Of a stretch of 64,000 bases of DNA, positions 37,321 through 48,815 are shown in pieces. The notes beneath the pieces are model-generated. The model was given only the letters and a program-made list of their open reading frames with translations, made no database searches and was not told the DNA's origin. A program made the position numbers and the translations under genes. The first letter of the stretch is position 1; every line of letters starts with the position of its first letter. The stretch lies in NCBI GenBank assembly GCA_964270895.1, contig OZ185440.1; one strand, written 5' to 3'. The DNA is from Podarcis filfolensis. Taxonomy: Eukaryota.

Positions 37321-37685
37321 CAGAATCTTAGAGTTGGAAGGGACCCACGGGTCATCTAGTCCAACCCCCTGCAATGCAGGAATCTCAGCCATCCAACCTC
37401 TGTTAAAAACCTCCAAGGAAGGAGAGTCCACAATCTCTTGTGGGAGTCTGTTCCACTACCAAACAGCTCTTACTGTCAGAAAGTTTTTCTGAATGTTTAG
37501 TCAGAATCTCCTTTCTTGTAACTTGAAACCATTGGTTCGAGGCCTACCCTCCAGAGCAGGAGAAAACAAACTTGTTCCATCTTCCCTTTAGATATCTGAA
37601 GATGGCTTTCACTCTCTTCTTATCCTAAATGCTAAACACACTCATCTCCCTCAACCATTCCTCATAAGGCTTGGTTTCTGGACCT
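37321..37685 (-). mobile_element. CR1 LINE 3' end
   Basis: agaatcttagagttggaagggaccc...tctagtccaaccccctgcaatgcagg, the reverse complement of the 4218-4556 type. Confidence 0.9.
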
Positions 37686-40600
37686 TTTATCTGAACCTTT
37701 AGAGTGGGTTCTGCAAGTCTATTGAGAGTTGACTGTTTCTTATCCAAACTGTGGCTCAGCTGAGTATTTCTTGTGAATAGAACTAATGCAACATGGTTCT
37801 GCAACGTACAAAATTTCTTATTGGAACTTAGTAAAATGCTGTAATTAACCAAAAAGATCTATCTGAATGAATGAATAATGAAGGAAAATCCTCATATGTT
37901 TATGATTAGCTGACACTATCACCTGTGCAAGATAAAGGAAATAAGCATATATGGCACTATGACACAATAATGCTCCTGTCCTGCAACGGTCAACTCTGCT
38001 AAAAAAACCACTATTGTCTGTTTCTCACTTTGTACCTGATCTCTGAGGCTGAACAAACATTCATCCCCAAATAAACCCTGTAACCTTCCATTTCATTGTT
38101 TTAGATGTTTCTTCATCCTTGAAATTCATCTGATTCTTTTTTAGTTCTATTGTTCTACCTCTCTTCCACTACACTAGAAAAATCAACAAGCTGCCCTTCC
38201 CCATCTGATTAGGTGAGATAGTCTCCTTTCCAAAGAGATTTCAGCAATATTCCACAGCTGTGCTTGACATCTACAAAGCCAGGGCTGAAGTATTCTCCAT
38301 CAAATTCTAACAGGTCTTTTGGCTCAGCCTGTCTTTGTTGAGCCGACTGCACGCACTTGATTGGACTCTGAGGCTTAGCTCATCCGGTTACCTAAACGTA
38401 TATTTATATGGTGTTCACAAATCTGGTTTTTCTGAGAAGTTCTAGGCTATAATTACACGACACAATCAACCACATTCCTTTGGGATTCATCCCAAGTTTA
38501 TTTAAGAAAAAGAAAAAGTTATTATCGAAATTACAACCCGCTTTTCTTCTTTCATTTTTTTTCCTTAAAAAAAAGAGAGAGAGGACATTTTTGCATTGGT
38601 TCATAAAACCACAAGAATGCATGTCAGTTTAATAGTTTCCTGTCAAGAAACTCCTTTCATGTTCAGCTGTCAGTTAGCAAGACGGGTGTAACAGCTGAGG
38701 TTAAAAAGCTATCCAACTGATGACCTTTTGCAGTGAATGAATGGTTGGGTGGTTGTGGGTTGTCTCATTTCCCCCTGACCCAAACTACTTTTGCTTTCCC
38801 CCCCTTTCCCAACAGATGCAGAGAAGAGTTCACCATGGTCTCTGGTCTTCATCATTGAGAAATGTGTGCGCAGTGAGTGTTCCGAGATGAAAATACCCCT
38901 CGGGACTGTTCGTTCTGTCTGAAAACAATGCTGGCAACTTCTTATCTGCAGGTGGATGGACTGACAGCTCAACACCTCAGAATTTCCCCAGCTGCCTTTC
39001 ATTTACATGTTGGCCTTTGGGTGGGGTTGTGTGGGTGGTGGGTGTACAAGAGAGGAATTGTTATTGCTTTTTGTATGTGGATTACAATCCTTGAGCAGTT
39101 ACTTTATATTTATAGAACAGGCACATAAAATGCACTTCAAAATCAAATCCCTGGATTTTTAAGGCAAACGTTGGTGTGCAACCACACCAATAATTAATTT
39201 CTTCATTTAAGACTTTGGATTTCATCACATATAATTAGGATAGCAATTAACACGTAGGTGTCAAGAAGGAGTAGGATATAAGCCCACCACATCACAACAA
39301 ATAGCAAAGGGTGGCTTCTTTTGATTGGAGCTCCTTAGATGTGTGTTCTCTTGCTGACTCTGTCTGCAACTTAGGGAATATTGCTCAGGCTTTTAATTAT
39401 ACAAGATGGGCTTCTAGCTCTGTGTGGTTTCATTGTATGCTTAGTTTTTTGCTTTAAAAAGCTTTAAACAATGTCCTTCACCAAAGTTTTCAAAGCTTAG
39501 AAGGATGTGCCCTTCTAAGTGGTTAAAAGACAGGAAGCAGAGGCTCCTAACATTGGAGGGAAGCTATTAATGGAATCCTCCAAGGATTTGCATTTGAACC
39601 AGTGCTATTTAGTATATATAAATTTGCTGGTGACCCTGATCACCAGGATAGTAAAATGATAACACATACTATGAGTCTGGTGTTATGCATTTTGTTCCAA
39701 TAAACATCATAGCTAACACAGAACCCCCGAATCCAGGGAGAAACCCAGCGATCCTTCACACAATTACCTGGGGAAAAATCACATTGATCTCAGTGAAATC
39801 TGCTTCTGAACAGATATGTATGGAGTTGCATGCTAAATGCTCCAGTTTGATTCCTAGCTTCAGTGAAGCCACCTTCTTAGTTTATCCCAATCATGGCTGT
39901 CACATTGTTCTTCAGGAGGACATTGGCAATTATTTTAATAGAGATATTTCATGCTTGTCACATCTGATTAACACAAATTGCTCCATCGTAAGTGGCTTTT
40001 ACTTTATAATTCCCCCGGGCTTCACCAGTAAGATATTTATCATGATAATATTTCCTCCTAAGACCTCTAAATAAACTGCAAAACCAAAAGATTTATAAAG
40101 TCGTTTGAATATGCATCGAATCAATCATACTACATCATACCTTGTAGCACCGGGAGGTAACAAATGGGCTTAAAAACTACACTTTGGAAAAAATGGTGTG
40201 GCTGAAAAATGAATACTGAGACAACCTTTCATCCTTTCCCAGACAGCAGTCCCAAGATCCTTTTTCCTGCTTTCTTACTTAATATTTCTTCTGCGCAATA
40301 AAATAATACGTTAACTTTACTTTTTCATGATAGAAAATGGTTTTTCAACATCACTGTGCATGTTTTTAACTGCGGATGATCACTGTGACTTTATCCTTAT
40401 GAGAAATAAAACTATACAAAAACTGGATTTTACAGTTTGATTAATTCTCCTCCTAGTATGTCTAAGTAAAGCAACAGAAGTCTGAAACTTTAATAAGCAG
40501 CCTTGCAGGGTTACAGTGATGTATACTTTAAAAACAAAACAAAACAGATTTTAAGCAAGAGTCTCAGGGCTTATCTGATCAGACTTTGTGTTGTGCTTGC

Positions 40601-40695
40601 AACCGTTTGCATTCCCTCTGAATGTGTGTAGTCCAGATGACGTAACCCGCAAACACCACCAGTCTCAATACTTTCCCTCGTAAATTCAAGTTTAC

Positions 40696-41384
40696 CTGGA
40701 CTCACAGCTGTCCATGGAGGCACAGGTTAAATCCGTGTCCAGGGCAGCTGTGTACCAGCTCCATCTGGTATGCAGGCTGAGGCCCTATCTGCCTGCGGAC
40801 TGCCTCGCCAGAGTGGTGCATGCTGGTTATCTCCCGCTTGGACTACTGCAATGCGCTCTACGTGGGGCTACCTTTGAAGGTGACCCGGAAACTACTACTA
40901 ATCCAGAACGCAGCAGCCAGACTGGTGACTGGGAGTGGCCGCCGAGACCATATAACACCGTTCTTGAAAGACCTACATTGGCTCCCAGTACGTTTCCGAG
41001 CACAAGTCAAAGTGTTGGTGCTGACCTTTAAAGCCCTAAACGGCCTCGGTCCTGTATACCTGAAGGAGCGTCTCCACCCCCATCATTCTACCCGGACACT
41101 GAGGTCCAGCACCAAGGGCCTTCTGGCGGTTCCTTCACTGCAAGAAGCCAAGTTACAGGGAACCAGGCAGAGGGCCTTCTCGGTAGTGACGCCCTCCCTG
41201 TGGAACGCCCTCCCACCAGATGTCAAAGAGAACAACAACTACCAGACTTTTAGAAGACATCTGAAGGCAGCCCTGTTTAGGGAAGCTTTTAATGTTTGAT
41301 GTATCACAGTATTTTAATATTCTTTTGGAAGCCGCCCAGAGTGGCTGGGGAAACCCAGCCAGATGGGCGGGGTATAAATAATAA

Positions 41385-41423
<39 letters not shown>
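40696..41423 (+). mobile_element. L2 LINE, 5'-truncated, C-terminal part of the RT-encoding ORF with one frameshift near 40822
   Basis: ORFs 40714 and 40820 join to MEAQVKSVSRAAVYQL...LVISRLDYCNALYVGLPLK...LHWLPVRFRAQVKVLVLTFKAL. 3' UTR and (TTA)n tail. Confidence 0.95.
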
Positions 41424-41424
<1 letters not shown>

Positions 41425-41443
41425 GGGGGGCATTAATTGGATA

Positions 41444-41801
41444 AAAAGGTAAAGGTACCCCTGCCCATACGGGCCAGTCTTGACAGACTCTAGGGTTGTG
41501 CGCTCATCTCACTCTAGAGGCCGGGAGCCAACGCTGTCTGCAGACACTTCCGGGTCACGTGGCCAGCGTGACGAAGCTGCATCTGTCGAGCCAGCGCAGC
41601 ACACGGACATGCTGTTTACCTTCCCGCTGGTAAGCGGTCCCTATTTATCTACTTGCACCCGGGGGTGCTTTTGAACTGCTAGGTTGGCAGGCGCTGGGAC
41701 CGAACGACGGGAGTGCACCCCGCCGCAGGGATTTGAACTGCCGACCATGTGATCGGCAAGTCCTAGGCGCTGAGGTTTTACCCACAGCGCCACCCGCGTC
41801 C
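41444..41801 (-). mobile_element. Sauria SINE, second subfamily, full length
   Basis: Reverse complement of the 11445-11799 type. 10-bp TSD taattggata (41434-41443, 41811-41820). Confidence 0.95.
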
Positions 41802-42244
41802 TGGGATACGTAATTGGATACGTAGGAGCAAATTGTGCTCCAAATTCCTCCACTTGGGTTCACAAACAATTTGTTTGGTATTTTGGGGTGGGAAGCTCAG
41901 TAATAACTTTCTGTTATTCCCCTTTCCATGTCCATTACTTCCTGTGCTCCTATTTCTGCTGTACTCCTGAATGGAGTGCGTTTTTTAATTTGCACAAAAC
42001 CAGAAAGCTGCACACATAAATTTACAATTGCTTGTGTGCTTTTGCACACTTCATAGGTTGATGAAGGCTGATCAAGTGATTCTAGCAAATAAGTAATGTG
42101 GAAGAAGTAGCCCAATGCAGAAAACTGCGAAGCCTGGTTATTTGTTGTTTACAGCACCACATGTTGTCGAGGACAATAATGAATGTACCACCTCTTCATT
42201 TTGATAATTTCTTCAGCATTTCCAGCAATACTTTGAAATGTTCT

Positions 42245-42546
42245 TGTTATGTACTAAGCTTGGATCCTAGAACAATAGGCAAGTAGGATCCTAAAATGAA
42301 ACAACTGATTGGTTTGCAGGAAAAGACCAATCAGGCTCTAGGAAGAAGTTAATCAGCCTATTAGGCTGGTAGGATCTTAGAATGCAACTACTGATTGGCC
42401 TGCAGGAAAAGACCAATCAGGCTCCAGGAGGGAAGCAGAATCAGCCAATCAGCCAACTCATTCTGTAAATAATGTATATAAAATCCTGAGGTTTTACAAG
42501 CTGCAATAAAGAGCATGAAATACTACAGGACTCTGAGTATACTTCA
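42245..42546 (+). mobile_element. Solo LTR with CCAAT boxes, TATA box and polyA signal
   Basis: TG...CA termini, internal 86-bp-period duplication, TATATAAAA 42475-42483, AATAAA 42505-42510. TSD ambiguous. Confidence 0.75.
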
Positions 42547-43716
42547 CTTGTTTGTTTGTTTCCATTTCAGTTCTGACTCTTTAGAATAGAGAAGATGTCC
42601 CATTCCCATGCTGCATTTCTTAATTGATATGACTCCTGCTACCAAATTTGACAGAACAACTTTGAGTTTCACTTGACCTTACAGAACACTGATTTGTCAA
42701 GTAATTTATATCAACTCAGATTTTGCAAACTTTCACAGCAGAATCGCCCTAGAGTGACACATTTGTACTGCAAAAAGTTGCTTTACAGAAACATCTTCAG
42801 CTATAGCATCTGGCTTTAGTGGCTGACAAATTCCACTGGCTGGCTGCAGTAGCTTCCACCATCTACTGGCCTGCTCAGTCAAAAAGCATCCACTCTGGCA
42901 GCAGAGATCTTAGGAGATGAACAGAGCATGCTTTGAATACGGGGTAAATGCATATCCATTCCTCATCAGCAAGGAAATATACACACTTTACAAGAGAAAT
43001 CACACCTTGGGTATTTTCATTTCCCTTTTCAAATCAATCAGAAGCTTTAAGATAGGTTTTACGGGCATCTATTTTGCATTTTGTTGAAGGGGGAAAATTC
43101 AAGATGAATATACAAACTGCTCCATTCAGTGCTTGCATTGGCAAGGCGTCTGGTACTAGAACGTAACTGCATAGCAATAGATGGGAATATACTTAAACCA
43201 CAAAAATGTGGAACCCTTTCCCAGGTGCCCCTAATGCTTCCTGATTTCACTTGGAGTGGGGATGGGATGGGGCAGGCAGAGGCTGGTTTGACCTCTTGTG
43301 CAAGTAAAGAACAGATCTTCTCATTTGCTTTAAGACCATATTTAGTGTCAAGCACATTGGAATTGGGATTTGTGATTTTAGTTACCTGACAGTCAGCGCG
43401 CACATAGCACTAATGAATAAGTCCATATCTTTGCTATTTGTTTATCCTTTGAGGCCTGGGAAGCATTGATTAGGGACTCCTCGAGTCTTATAATATCTCC
43501 AGGTGTTATTTGGGCCTTGATTCATTCCCAGGAGCTCTCACACAGTGATAGCAATGTGTATATGCTATCAGAGGGAGGATGTGATGGGGATAGAACAGAC
43601 CACAAACATTCACCGAGACTCTCAGAAGAAACCAGAAAGCAAAACAGTAAAGTTTTGCCTCTTACCAAGATTGAGTGGTACTGGCAATGAGACCTGATTC
43701 AACAGGAGGTCTAGTG

Positions 43717-44086
43717 ATATGGCTAACCTGACCCAAAAACCACCCTCTCACACACATAAACAAATCTCACTACAGCCAACCAAAGACAACCAACCACACC
43801 CTAGGCCACCCCAACCTCTCTCACCACCAAGGAAACATAGCAAGCGAATAGAAAGAGAACCCACACAAGTGCCACTGACACAAAACCCCACACATACACT
43901 AAGTAGAAAAATAGAAGCATTGCCCACCCTATGCACCCTCCCCCTCTTTTCTTCCCATCCTAATACTGCACGCAACACTAATGTCTCACAACAAATGTAA
44001 CTGATCTGTAGAAAACACAATTTGAAAAAAGAGACAATTTTTGTAAACTAAGAAATCTTTCGTAAAAATTATTTTTTAAAAAACAA
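43717..44086 (+). mobile_element. 5'-truncated L1-like LINE 3' UTR
   Basis: Perfect 17-bp TSD caacaggaggtctagtg (43700-43716, 44087-44103). C/A-rich body and A-rich end. Confidence 0.85.
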
Positions 44087-44719
44087 CAACAGGAGGTCTA
44101 GTGCTGTCTCCAGAGAGATGTTGAGAGAAAGATGAAGAACTGATTCATAAGCAGCTAATAAAACATGTAGACATAGTTTCATTTTGAACGTTAAATTTAT
44201 TTTATTTGTCTTACTCAACAGGGTGTAGCAACTGCCCAGCCCTTGTAGCAGAACTCATTTGATCTTGTTTCTGTTCACTCATGTTCCTCTCTGTTCTATT
44301 GGTATGGGATGTTCAATGGAAGGGTCTTAGGACTGTTCAATAATGCTAGCACTATGATCCTATTACAGCCACCAATTGCCATTATGGATCCCATGACTTA
44401 AATACCCTTTCTTACCCAGTTCCAAAATACAATCCATTCAGCTCTAGAAGTGGCTCAGTGTCATCGATTGGTTGGATGTAGAGGAATGGTGGAAAGAACC
44501 AGCTGGGGAACCCCCAAGCAAAGAAGGCTCAGAGCCCAGGGGCTGCACAGGACCCAAGGCAGCTCACAATATGAATAAATATTATAAAATTAAATAAGTT
44601 TTAAATAAAATTAAATAAGTTACCCTATTAAAAAACCACTTAAAACCATTTAAAAACACAAAGAAAAGAAAAAAGAAAAGAAAATGTGCAACACACTCAG
44701 AAGACCCTGCCATATGTCA

Positions 44720-44975
44720 GAGAGCCAGTGTGGTGTAGTGGTTAAGAGCGATGGATTTGTAATCTGGTGAACCGGCTGCGCTTCCCTGCTCCTCCACATG
44801 TAGCTGCTGGGTGACCTTGAGCTAGTCACACTTCTGTGAAGTCTCTCAGCCCCACTCACCTCACAGAGTGTTTGTTGTCGAGGAGGAAGGGAAAGGAGAA
44901 TGTTAGCCTCTTTGAGACTCCTTCGGGTAGTGATAAAGCGGGATATCAAATCCAAACTCTCCTTCTTCTTCTTCT
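44720..44975 (+). mobile_element. Squam1-like SINE, full length
   Basis: gagagccagtgtggtgtagtggttaagagc tRNA-like head and ...ccaaactctc(ctt)n tail. Confidence 0.93.
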
Positions 44976-44984
44976 TTAGCTGTC

Positions 44985-45058
44985 ATTCTTGCATTGCAGG
45001 AGGTCGAGCTAGATGACCCTCGGGGTCCTTTCCAACTTCTCAATTCTATGCTTCTATG
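44985..45058 (+). mobile_element. CR1-type 3' tail
   Basis: gcattgcaggagg...ctagatgaccctcggggtcctttccaact...attctatg. Confidence 0.8.
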
Positions 45059-45079
45059 AACAGCCTGCTAGTAAACAAA

Positions 45080-45290
45080 GGCCTGTCAGAGCAAAAGAGT
45101 CTTTGCCTGCTGAGGAAAGCAGAGAGAGGACCAACCTAGCCTTCCACAAACTGGGGACAGCCACCTCAAAAGCCCCCTCTCATTACCTTATCAAACATGC
45201 CTATGAGGGTGGGAGGACTGAGAGAAAGGCCTCCCCCAGATTATCTCAAAGCCCAGGCAGGCTCATAGAACGAGATGTGGTTCTTTCCTG
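45080..45290 (-). mobile_element. Degraded L2 fragment
   Basis: ggactgagagaaaggcctccc...atctcaaagcccaggcagg is the reverse complement of the 2105-2160 L2 segment. Confidence 0.65.
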
Positions 45291-48200
45291 AGCAACTTCC
45301 CCAAAATTATCAAAATGGAAGTACTTTCCATTGCTACTGTAATTTTTCACAAAATGTACACCCTATTTGGGTTCAGTCCTGGATGGATTACGTGCTTCAA
45401 TATGACCAACTAGTGAAAGTTAAATCAAATTTATTTTATCAGGGCTGCTCAGGAAGTCTATTTACCGAAACTTATTTTTTTATATATAAAAATGTGTGCT
45501 ATTATTGGCACACTGGCGAAAAATCCCAGTGTGAAGAAATCTTCAACAAAAAGGGAAATAATTGCCAAAATGAAAATATACTCTGTATGCAACATTACTG
45601 GAACCAGTTTTTATGGCTCCAATCATGTAAATGTTTTGGGAATCTTGCACTGGTCATATGCCAGGACCTGGAAAAAATGCTAAGAAGCAAAACTGTCTTA
45701 CCCTGAGAATAACCCAGCGTAAACCAAAAGAAAGGATAGTATCACCTTTTGAATCAAAAGCCAGGATAAATATAGGAAAGTCGTGGAATGAAGCCTCTAT
45801 GCTCTACCAGCCCTCAATTTCTGCCTATGCAGTTAAAGAAAGATTCCTTTACCTTCTCTCTTAGAGATTTCCCTCCTCCCTTTTGAAAAGTCATGTTGGT
45901 GTAGTCTACCATGAATTCAACAGTAGACAATTAGGAACCAGACTGAGATATGTACTACAGGTTCACTAACTAGATATAGGATCTGCCCAATTCCCAAAAC
46001 AAAGAAGAAATCAAGATTTGCATGAACTCTCAAGACACTCTGAAAGGAAGCTAAAGTTCTCTCTCTCTCCCGGCTCCCACCTACACATCTTATCTTCTAC
46101 CTATGTGACTCTTTGGCACCAGAAGTCTAGACTAATATTTTACCAAAAGAATTTCCTGCATTTCTTCCTGACCATTCTCAATTGAAGAAAGAAACTATAT
46201 TCAAAAATTATCAAGGGGGAGAGAACATTTTGGTGAAATTCTCATAAGTAGGGTGTAAGATTTTTCTTTCACTTTCAAGGTGGCTGAGAGGTATTTGTGA
46301 CTGTCCTTTTCTTTCATTCTATATTTCATCTCTCCAGTGGTCTGCATTCCGCATCCCTCCTGGGTGCCTTTACTTCCTGACAACTTCCTGACATCATCTT
46401 ATTTTTAAAGAAATCAGTGACAATTTATTCGAAAAGGAAAGAACTTCCCTTGAAAGCAAAGCCAGCAACCATATCAATCTGAGAAACTCAATAGCCAGCC
46501 ACCTGGGCTTCCCATACTTCAGATAAAGCTTAGGGGGAGACATCATGAGGTAACTTCTCCCACAGGGCTTCTTCAGATCAGGATGTCCAGGCAAGCGCTG
46601 AGATTGCAGAATTCTGGAGAAATGTTTAATGGAAAGAAAAGCACATCCACCAACTGTAGCCATCTTGCAACGATAAGATAAACTCAACCACATGTGCACC
46701 AAAATTCTAAAGGAATAAGGCAAAACAATGGAAGTCTCTTCCTCAGAGGAAAACAAAAGCAGTTGAGAAATTATAGGACAGGTTTCAGCACAGCATTAGT
46801 CTAGACACCAGTTGTATTATTTATAGAATCAAGTTCTTCCATAGAAGAAAAGCATTTTCCTGGATATTCAGCTTCGTCCCCAAAGATCCCTGAGCAATAA
46901 TTCAAAAATTGATTTATTGCCAGTAAATGAACCCAGGTAGAGAACACTGAAGGCTCAGATGGCTGTTGAGGCCTTGACATTTACATTTTTTACAGTAGGC
47001 CAGAAGGAAGGTTGATCCAATGAGGCTGGTGCAACCATTCTGTTGCTGGACTCTTTGATTTCATTTCTTCGCATCTGCCTGTCTTTAAGCAGCTGTCTTG
47101 CTTTGCTTCTCAGCTATTGTGGATTTAACCGCTGCTTACCAGGGGCCAGCCTTTCTTGTCTTGGCTATTAGCCAACACAACTTTAACTATGGCCTCTACA
47201 CAATACCAACATACTGGAATTGACCTTTAGCTGCCTCTGCTGCACATCCAACGGTTTCTCCCTTGGCATCCTGGTGTGTCAGCTCACAATGATGTCACTG
47301 TTAACTTCTGTGGCCTTGCAGCCATTCGTCATAGATGGAGGAATTCCACCAAGGTGATTGGGTAAAAAGCCATCATGTCTACAGGATTTGGAGAACTTTT
47401 CAATCTTCGTAAGTGTTCAATTAATTGTCATGGGGCTCTTTTTTACCCCTTTGAAAAACCGCTGTCATTTTCTCTTCTCTGTGGAACACTTAAGCTTGGC
47501 TTTTAGAGAAACAGGAGCAAATAGATCATATGTTAAAGCATGGAAAGTTCAGCATTGTTAAAAGCAAATTTTCCTTTTGAACACGAAGGATCTGAACTAT
47601 TTTCTGGCATTTTAAATGTTTCCATGTCACCAGGATTGGTGGTGGCAGGAGCTTCAGTCAGCTCTTCTTGTAAGAAACATTCTTCAGTAATAACCTCTTT
47701 GGAAAATACTAAACATCCAAACAAGTTTCTTTCTTTCTTTCTCTTTCTTTCTTGCTTGCTTTCTTTCTATTTTCTCTCATTCCCCCCTCCACTTATAGTT
47801 CTGTTTTCTCTTTAGCTCTCTGCCCATTTCATATACCTGCAACATTACCAAAGGGACTTCAGTTCTTTTGCAGGCCTGATATCCTTGACTAGCTTCACCT
47901 TAGACCTGTCGGATATACCCCTAGAGCTTGCAGGTGTGGATCCCATTCATTGCAGGAATGTAAGATGATCCAGTTTCTGGCACGCATCAAAAGGCTGGAA
48001 TAAAGAGATACATTCAGGGATATGTTTCCAAGCTCAAGAGATCGACAGGGAAAGAAAAGCATTAGGCAGATATAACTTTTGTGCAAACATCTCTCTGGTA
48101 GCCTGCAGACGTTTTCCTGCTATAAATGAAGTTCCCGTTTGAGGGCTCATGTGCCTGTGGAGCAAACCATGCACTAATGTGTTCAGGATAGCATGTCTCT

Positions 48201-48679
48201 AAATCAACAGTCAACACTGCAAAACCTCAGTAGGAGGTTCAAGAGAAAGAATCAGTTCCACTGAAAGGAACTGAAGCAGGGGCAGTTGCACCCCCCTTTT
48301 CAACTAGAAGAAAGCTGAAAACCAAAATCATCCTCTATAATATGAGAAGTCAGTTCATCCAAACTAGGATCCACAATTTTAAACTCAGAGTAGGTATACT
48401 CAGTATTATGTTATGTGGATGAGTTAACATGAACTATCACCTCAAACAAATGAAGATCTGAGCTGAAGTCTGTGTGGTATTTTAAGAATGTATCTCAATA
48501 AAAGACCTCTTGACCATGGTCTTTATCACTTCTTGATGCCATTTAGCACCTTATGGATTTATTTTACCTTTATTTAAAGTGTTTGCAGCTGGGACAAGCA
48601 CGGTGGAACTGCTCTGCTAGATCAGATTCGAGTTCCTTGGAGTAACCAGTTAATGAGCACAAGCAAGTTACCTCTAAAT

Positions 48680-48815
48680 CAGGCATAGGCAAACTCGACC
48701 CTCCAGATGTTTTTGAACTACAACTCCCATCATCGCTAGCTAACAGGACCAGTGGTCAGAGATGATGGGAGTTGTAGTCCAAAAACATCTGGAGGGCCGA
48801 GTTTGCCTATGCCTG
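48680..48815. mobile_element. 136-bp near-fully palindromic hAT-type MITE
   Basis: TIR caggcataggcaaactcg / cgagtttgcctatgcctg, perfect 8-bp TSD ctctaaat. Confidence 0.95.

Noticed and set aside
40820-41299. 159-aa ORF as a host gene
   Set aside because: It is the C-terminus of an L2 ORF2, 5'-truncated and frameshifted.
45275-45706. 143-aa ORF containing HTGEK (zinc-finger linker-like)
   Set aside because: No C-x2-C...H-x3-H spacing on either side; a 5-residue match is not significant.
45702-45825. Minus-strand acceptor/donor pair
   Set aside because: Stops in all three frames; a non-coding exon cannot be supported from sequence alone.
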